From a bacterium (lineage in GTDB: Bacteria > Patescibacteriota > Microgenomatia > Levybacterales > UBA12049), in contig JAKALS010000005.1 in assembly GCA_021813145.1 (NCBI GenBank), positions 8,022-72,021 of the forward strand: a stretch of 64,000 nt of DNA, written 5' to 3'. Below, one piece after another: positions 59,075 to 64,000 of this stretch. The position numbers and the translations under genes are program-made. Under the pieces are notes generated by a model. That model was not told the origin of the DNA and ran no database searches. It saw only the letters and a program-made list of their open reading frames with translations. Numbering within the stretch: position 1 is the first letter of the stretch; each line of letters starts with the position of its first letter.

Positions 59075-60517
59075 TCAAATTCTGGGAAAAAGGGGGGCTT
59101 CCGATTTGATTGTAGAGCCCTCAAATTGTTCTTCTATTTTTTCGGACGTTTCAGGCAAAAATGGCCTTAACAGTTCTCCTATTTCCTGTATCTGGTCGAC
59201 TGAATGTTCAAGTACCCCCTTTAGTCTCGGGTTATTATTTTTTGCCAACTCCCAGGGTTTTTCTTCATTTATATATCTGTCCAATTTGGTTATCTTCTCC
59301 CAGATTAAAGAAAGCGCGTCGTTGAATCTGTATTCGTCCAATGCCTTTTTATATTCCCCCTCAACGGTTGAAATATGCCTTGAATCTTCCGTTTTGGCCT
59401 TTTTAAAATTGGAAGTTTCGCAAAGTTTGGCAACTCTTGCTATTAAATTTCCCAAGCCGTTTGCAAGGTCGGAGTTATATACTTCCACAAGACGTTTTCG
59501 GGAAAAATCCCCGTCCTGGAAAGGCGAAATTTCCCTAAGAAGATAATAGCGTAAGGCATCTGCCCCGTATTTTTCTATAAATTCCAAAGGGTCTGCTACG
59601 TTGCCCAGGGTCTTTGACATTTTTTGTCCGTCTACCGTAAAGTATCCGTGGACAAAAAGGCTTTTTGGAAGGGGAAGTTTTGCGGAAAGCAAAAAGGCGG
59701 GCCAGTAGACGGCATGGAATCTTATTATCCCTTTTCCTATTACGTGCAAATCCGCAGGCCACCATTTTTTATATTTTTCTTCGTCCCAGCCAAAGCCTAC
59801 ACCCGACTGGTAAATATTCAAGGCGTCAAACCAGACATACATTCGCTGAGCCTCGTCTCCCGGAACCGGAACTCCCCAATTTTTTGCCCTTTTATTGCTT
59901 CTTGAAATACTGATATCCTGAAGGCCTTCTTTTAGAAAAGACAGGACTTCGTTTTTTCTGAAAGATGGGATTATTAACAGTTTATCTTTTTCCACTAATT
60001 CCCGGATTTCTTTTTGATATTTTGAAAGTTTAAAAAAATAATTCTCCTCCGAGACTTCTTCAAGGGGTTTTCCGGGATGTTCAAAACACTCTCCGTTTTC
60101 GTTTAGCTCGTTTTTCTCGTAGAATTGTTCGCACCCTACGCAATAAAGCCCTTTATACTCCTTTTTATAGATATCTCCGGCCTTAAAGCATCTTTCCCAA
60201 AGTTTTTGGGATGCTTCATGGTGCTGTTTTGAGCTTCCTTTTTCAAAAACATCGAATCCTACGTTTAATTTTTCCGCCAATTCTTCAAAAAGCTTTGAAT
60301 TTTTATCAATAAACTCCTGTACGGGAATTTTTGCGGATTCGGCTGCCTGGACATTTTTTATTGCGTTTTCATCCCCTCCCGAAAGAAGAAGAGTATCTTC
60401 TCCTAAAATCCGGTGGAATCTTTTTATTACATCCGCCTGGACAAATTCCAATGCATGGCCTACATGCGGTTTTGCATTCACATAGGGTATCGCTGTGGTT
60501 AAATAAAACTTGTTCAT
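59075..60517 (-). CDS. metG: methionyl-tRNA synthetase (short form)
   Basis: TTAIPYVNAKPHVGHA (HIGH region), KMSKTLGN, and the MetRS connective-peptide Cys cluster CVGCEQF...C. Confidence 0.85.
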   Translation of the reverse strand: MNKFYLTTAIPYVNAKPHVGHALEFVQADVIKRFHRILGEDTLLLSGGDENAIKNVQAAESAKIPVQEFIDKNSKLFEELAEKLNVGFDVFEKGSSKQHHEASQKLWERCFKAGDIYKKEYKGLYCVGCEQFYEKNELNENGECFEHPGKPLEEVSEENYFFKLSKYQKEIRELVEKDKLLIIPSFRKNEVLSFLKEGLQDISISRSNKRAKNWGVPVPGDEAQRMYVWFDALNIYQSGVGFGWDEEKYKKWWPADLHVIGKGIIRFHAVYWPAFLLSAKLPLPKSLFVHGYFTVDGQKMSKTLGNVADPLEFIEKYGADALRYYLLREISPFQDGDFSRKRLVEVYNSDLANGLGNLIARVAKLCETSNFKKAKTEDSRHISTVEGEYKKALDEYRFNDALSLIWEKITKLDRYINEEKPWELAKNNNPRLKGVLEHSVDQIQEIGELLRPFLPETSEKIEEQFEGSTIKSEAPLFPRI

Positions 60518-60564
60518 AGTTTCTTCAAGGATTGTAGCAAAGCTGTCAAGCTAAAACAAACAAT

Positions 60565-60897
60565 TTACTTTCGCTTCACAAACATTAATTCGATAACAGA
60601 CAAAAGAACAAAAAGAAGAATTATAAAAAAGGGATAGGCAAGATTTATAAGTTTTAGGATTGCGTATCCCAAGGCAAAACACGCGACTAAAAAGCCCCTT
60701 CTTTTATTGCCGAAAATAAAGGAAAAAGACGTGAAGAGAAAAAGAAAGGAAAACCCGAGAGCAAAAGGTAAAATTGTAAATTGCAAATTGTAAATTGAAA
60801 ATTGCATGTCCGGGGGATAGTTAAATATTAAGTAAACGGAACCTGCTAAGAACAACAAGCTCAAAACTAATAACTTTAAGGGTCTTCTTCTTCGCAT
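60565..60897 (-). CDS. hypothetical small membrane protein (contains a 7-mer DNA tandem repeat)
   Basis: 110 aa with 3 TM helices. Confidence 0.35.
   Translation of the reverse strand: MRRRRPLKLLVLSLLFLAGSVYLIFNYPPDMQFSIYNLQFTILPFALGFSFLFLFTSFSFIFGNKRRGFLVACFALGYAILKLINLAYPFFIILLFVLLSVIELMFVKRK
60771..60805. repeat. 5 tandem copies of the heptamer AAATTGN
   Basis: aaattgt aaattgc aaattgt aaattga aaattgc, read directly from the sequence. Confidence 0.8.
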
Positions 60898-61057
60898 ACT
60901 TTTAGTTTAGCAAAAATACCGTTGTGATTTAACAAACTGAAAAGTAAATATTCTTGTACAACTCCGTTTTTATAAAGAAGGGAGGTGAGAATGTGATTAA
61001 AAAGGGATTAATAGCGGGAGTTGCAATCTTATTGGGGGATATAGTAAAAAAAGGGGG

Positions 61058-61087
61058 TTGACAAAACTTTGGCAGTCATGGTATATT
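61058..61087 (+). promoter_or_regulatory. hrcA promoter TTGACA (61058-61063), N18, TATATT (61082-61087), with a 76-nt leader
   Basis: Read directly from the sequence. Same -35/N18/-10 architecture as the groES promoter. Confidence 0.45.
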
Positions 61088-61163
61088 ACTGCTAACCTCG
61101 TTTGAACGCTCACTTTCAAGCGGCAGTTATCTTCGCCGTCAGGGCGTTTAACGGGGAGAATTT

Positions 61164-61895
61164 ATGCACGATCTTACGCAAAGACAGGTTGAAATACTCA
61201 AAAGTTTGATCGAAGAATATATAGAAACCGCCGAGCCCGTCGGTTCTGAAACGTTGGAGAAAAAACATAATTTAAGTGCTTCTCCGGCAACCATTAGAAA
61301 CGAAATGGTAAGACTGACAGAGCTCGGTTATTTGAAAAAACCGCATATATCTGCGGGAAGGGTTCCTACTCCTTCGGGAATGAAGTTTTACGTAAAGCAA
61401 CTTATGAAGGAAAAAGAGCTTTCGGTTACCGAAGAAGTTGCCCTAAAAGAAAAAGTCTGGGATTTAAGAGACAGGGAGGTAGATTTCTTAAAACAGATTA
61501 CAAAAGCACTTGCCGATAAAACAAGGGCCCTGGCCGTGACCACGACATCCGACGGCAATTTTTTCTGTTCGGGTTATGCGAATATCTTGGACATGCCGGA
61601 ATTCTTTGACATTGATATTACAAAGGCTTTGCTTTCCGCTATTGACGAAAGCGATTATTTAAGAAGTCTTTTTTCGGGACAAATAGACGACGGAGAAATT
61701 CATATCCTTTTGGAAGATGAACTGGGTCCAAGATTAAACGGTCCATACGGATTTGTTTTTACAAAATACCAGACTCCGAACCATCTTGTGGGAGAAATAG
61801 GTGTTTTGGGCCCCTCAAGGCTTAATTATAATTTTATAGTTCCTGCCGTTAGATACTTCGGAGACTTAATCGAAGAAAGCGCAAGGGGATGGTAG
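61164..61895 (+). CDS. hrcA: heat-inducible transcription repressor HrcA (short)
   Basis: LTQRQVEILKSLIEEYIETAEPVGSETL...SPATIRNEM is the HrcA winged-helix N-terminus. Sits upstream of grpE-dnaK. Confidence 0.8.
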   Translation: MHDLTQRQVEILKSLIEEYIETAEPVGSETLEKKHNLSASPATIRNEMVRLTELGYLKKPHISAGRVPTPSGMKFYVKQLMKEKELSVTEEVALKEKVWDLRDREVDFLKQITKALADKTRALAVTTTSDGNFFCSGYANILDMPEFFDIDITKALLSAIDESDYLRSLFSGQIDDGEIHILLEDELGPRLNGPYGFVFTKYQTPNHLVGEIGVLGPSRLNYNFIVPAVRYFGDLIEESARGW

Positions 61896-61926
61896 ACGAA
61901 GGCGGGTTAAAAGTTTATAAAGTCAA

Positions 61927-62373
61927 ATGAAAAAAGATGAAAAAGATAAAAAACAAACTGAAGAAAACGAAGAATTTGAGAACCTTGAAAACCAGTTAAA
62001 AAGAGCGCTTGCCGATTACCAGAATCTTGAAAAAAGAATGGCATCGGAAAGGTCCGAATGGGTAAAAACAGCCAACAGGGGATTGCTTCTCAGGCTTTTA
62101 CCCGCATTAGACAATCTGATGCTGGCCCAAAAACATACCGAAGATAAAGGAGTCAGTTTAAGCGTAGACCAGATTCTTAACGCCTTCAAAGACGAAGGAG
62201 TCGGGAGAATAGAAGTTTTGGGAAAAGATTTCGACCCTAATCTTATGGAAGCGGTTTCGACCGCCGAAGGAGAGGAAGGAAAAGTTGTCGAGGAAGTAAG
62301 AACAGGTTATACTCTTTTTGGACAGGTTTTGAGACCGGCGCAGGTAATAGTCGGGAAAAGTAACGGGATTTGA
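61927..62373 (+). CDS. grpE: nucleotide exchange factor GrpE
   Basis: [15 protein letters not shown]...LLPALDNL is GrpE coiled-coil plus beta-domain. Sits between hrcA and dnaK. Confidence 0.85.
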   Translation: MKKDEKDKKQTEENEEFENLENQLKRALADYQNLEKRMASERSEWVKTANRGLLLRLLPALDNLMLAQKHTEDKGVSLSVDQILNAFKDEGVGRIEVLGKDFDPNLMEAVSTAEGEEGKVVEEVRTGYTLFGQVLRPAQVIVGKSNGI

Positions 62374-62407
62374 AAACCGGAAATTAAAAATTGTAAATTA
62401 TAAATAT

Positions 62408-64000
62408 ATGGCAAAAATAATAGGAATAGACTTAGGAACAACAAATTCATGCGTAGCGGTAATGGAGGGAGGAAGTCCCAAAGTTATCCATTCCGCCGAA
62501 GGAAGAAACGTAATACCTTCGGTAGTTGACCCGGTTACCCATGTTGTGGGGGATGTGGCAAAAAGACAGATTGTCTTAAAGCCGAAGGAAACAATTTTTT
62601 CCATAAAGAGGCTAATGGGTAAAAAATTCACGGACTCCTCCGTTCAGAACGACATGAAATGGCTGCCTTATACCATTAAATCCGGAAGGGAGCAAATGGC
62701 AGTTGTCGAAGTGGCAGGAAAAACATACACTCCTCAGGAAATATCCGCAATGATACTCCAAAAAATTAAAGCCGACGCAGAAAACTATCTCGGGGGGAAA
62801 GTAACACAAGCAGTAATTACGGTTCCCGCGTATTTTGACGACTCTCAAAGACAGGCGACAAAACAGGCAGGAGAAATAGCGGGACTGGAGGTTTTGAGGA
62901 TCATAAACGAACCGACAGCCGCCGCCCTGGCATACGGGCTGGATAAGAAAAATGCCCACACAATAGCAGTTTACGATTTGGGAGGAGGAACATTCGATAT
63001 TTCTATTTTGGAGCTCGGGGACGGAGTATACGAAGTAAAATCTACAAACGGGGATACGCATTTGGGAGGAGACGATTTCGACCAGGCAATACTGGACTAC
63101 ATAGCTGAGGAATTTAAAAAAGAAAATAATATAGATTTAAGAAAAGACCCTCAGGCTCTCCAGAGATTAAGGGAGGCTGCGGAAAAAGCAAAAATTGAGC
63201 TTTCAACTGCCCAGGAAGCCCAGGTTAACCAACCTTTCATAACTCAGGGCCCGAATGGTCCTTTGCACCTTACGATGACTATCGGAAGACCCCAGCTTGA
63301 AAAAATTGTTGACGATCTTGTCCAAAAAACAATAAAACCCGTAGAACAGGCGCTTAAAGACGCAAAAGTAACGGTAAAAGACATAGACGAAGTCGTTTTG
63401 GTCGGAGGAATGACGAGAATGCCCAAAGTTGTCGATACGGTTACAAAATTCTTCGGGAAAGAACCGAATAAAAGCGTAAACCCCGATGAGGTTGTCGCGG
63501 TAGGGGCGGCCGTTCAGGGAGGAGTTTTAGGCGGAGAAGTTAAAGACGTTTTACTTTTGGATGTAACTCCTCTTACTTTGGGAATAGAAACTCTGGGATC
63601 GGTTTCTACGCCTCTTATCAGTAAAAACAGCACTATACCTACATCCAAATCGCAGGTATTTTCAACGGCGGCAGATAACCAGACCCAGGTGGAAATAAAC
63701 GTTTTGCAGGGGGAAAGGCCTATGGCAGCGGATAATAAATCTTTGGGAAGATTTGTTTTGGACGGAATTCCTCCGGCCCCGAGAGGAGTTCCCCAGATAG
63801 AAGTCGCTTTTGATATAGACGCAAACGGAATTTTGGACGTAAAAGCTACGGATAAAGCTACGGGGAAAGCCCAGAGCATAAAAATAACGGGGTCTACGGG
63901 GCTTACAAAAGAAGAAGTCGAGAGAATGACAAAAGAGGCGGAAATGCACGCTTCGGAAGACGCGGCTAAAAAAGAGGCGGTTGAAGCAAGAAACCAGGCG
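62408..64000 (+). CDS. dnaK: molecular chaperone DnaK (3' end outside window)
   Basis: [18 protein letters not shown]...DLGGGTFD. The ORF is open to the window end, which is why it is missing from the ORF track. Confidence 0.97.
   Translation, partial: MAKIIGIDLGTTNSCVAVMEGGSPKVIHSAEGRNVIPSVVDPVTHVVGDVAKRQIVLKPKETIFSIKRLMGKKFTDSSVQNDMKWLPYTIKSGREQMAVVEVAGKTYTPQEISAMILQKIKADAENYLGGKVTQAVITVPAYFDDSQRQATKQAGEIAGLEVLRIINEPTAAALAYGLDKKNAHTIAVYDLGGGTFDISILELGDGVYEVKSTNGDTHLGGDDFDQAILDYIAEEFKKENNIDLRKDPQALQRLREAAEKAKIELSTAQEAQVNQPFITQGPNGPLHLTMTIGRPQLEKIVDDLVQKTIKPVEQALKDAKVTVKDIDEVVLVGGMTRMPKVVDTVTKFFGKEPNKSVNPDEVVAVGAAVQGGVLGGEVKDVLLLDVTPLTLGIETLGSVSTPLISKNSTIPTSKSQVFSTAADNQTQVEINVLQGERPMAADNKSLGRFVLDGIPPAPRGVPQIEVAFDIDANGILDVKATDKATGKAQSIKITGSTGLTKEEVERMTKEAEMHASEDAAKKEAVEARNQA

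Noticed and set aside
61088-61163. Canonical CIRCE in the hrcA leader
   Set aside because: Only a weak imperfect inverted repeat is present, with no match of 12/18 or better to TTAGCACTC-N9-GAGTGCTAA. Contrast the groES leader.
62398-63949. Several minus-strand ORFs between 62.4 and 63.9 kb
   Set aside because: They are antisense to dnaK. dnaK is missing from the ORF track only because it has no stop inside the window.

Overview
The window is low-GC bacterial DNA with dense, short, overlapping genes, read here as a reduced-genome bacterium. CPR/Patescibacteria-like is an inference only. No rRNA, tRNA, CRISPR array, transposase or integrase was seen by eye. In order along the window: (1) A truncated Fic protein at the 5' edge, followed by a compact metal-resistance islet. 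The islet is ArsR (CVCDL arsenite site), a thioredoxin-fold CxxC protein, an ArsP-type permease (TPFCSCS), the chromate transporter ChrA, and a YdeI-like protein. (2) A block of hypothetical secreted and membrane proteins. (3) A glycan-scavenging-looking region: a DUF2233 phosphodiester glycosidase, an alpha/beta hydrolase, a GH18-like protein, and two adjacent paralogous genes that each carry two GH130 (DUF377) domains. (4) A divergent PIG-L deacetylase and short CysRS pair, an ABC-2 exporter, MsrA, a PfkB kinase, a Tat-secreted GH-like protein, and an HxlR/FMN-reductase pair sharing a perfect 13-bp palindrome. (5) A Ni-SOD operon (sodN-sodX-methyltransferase), FemAB, UvrD/PcrA and TpiA. (6) Two cell-envelope glycopolymer clusters. 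The first has an LCP ligase plus three GT-C membrane glycosyltransferases. The second, on the minus strand, runs tatD, a processive GT2 (DAD, QERRW), a GT-C, a small TM protein, a WecA/MraY-family GT4, and a UbiA-family gene with the RPRQWIKN motif typical of decaprenyl-phosphate phosphoribosyltransferase. Together these resemble mycobacterial arabinogalactan-type assembly logic and are my best candidate for an undescribed system. (7) PilN/PilO-like genes and two PT-repeat surface proteins that share an unusual tail-less C-terminal anchor, one with an exact LPATG. (8) Housekeeping genes: rpsT with a histone-like tail, murJ, lepA, groES-groEL with a recognisable CIRCE, metG, and hrcA-grpE-dnaK. 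A recurring sequence-level observation is that many genes are leaderless: a TATAAT-like -10, about 6 nt, then the start codon.
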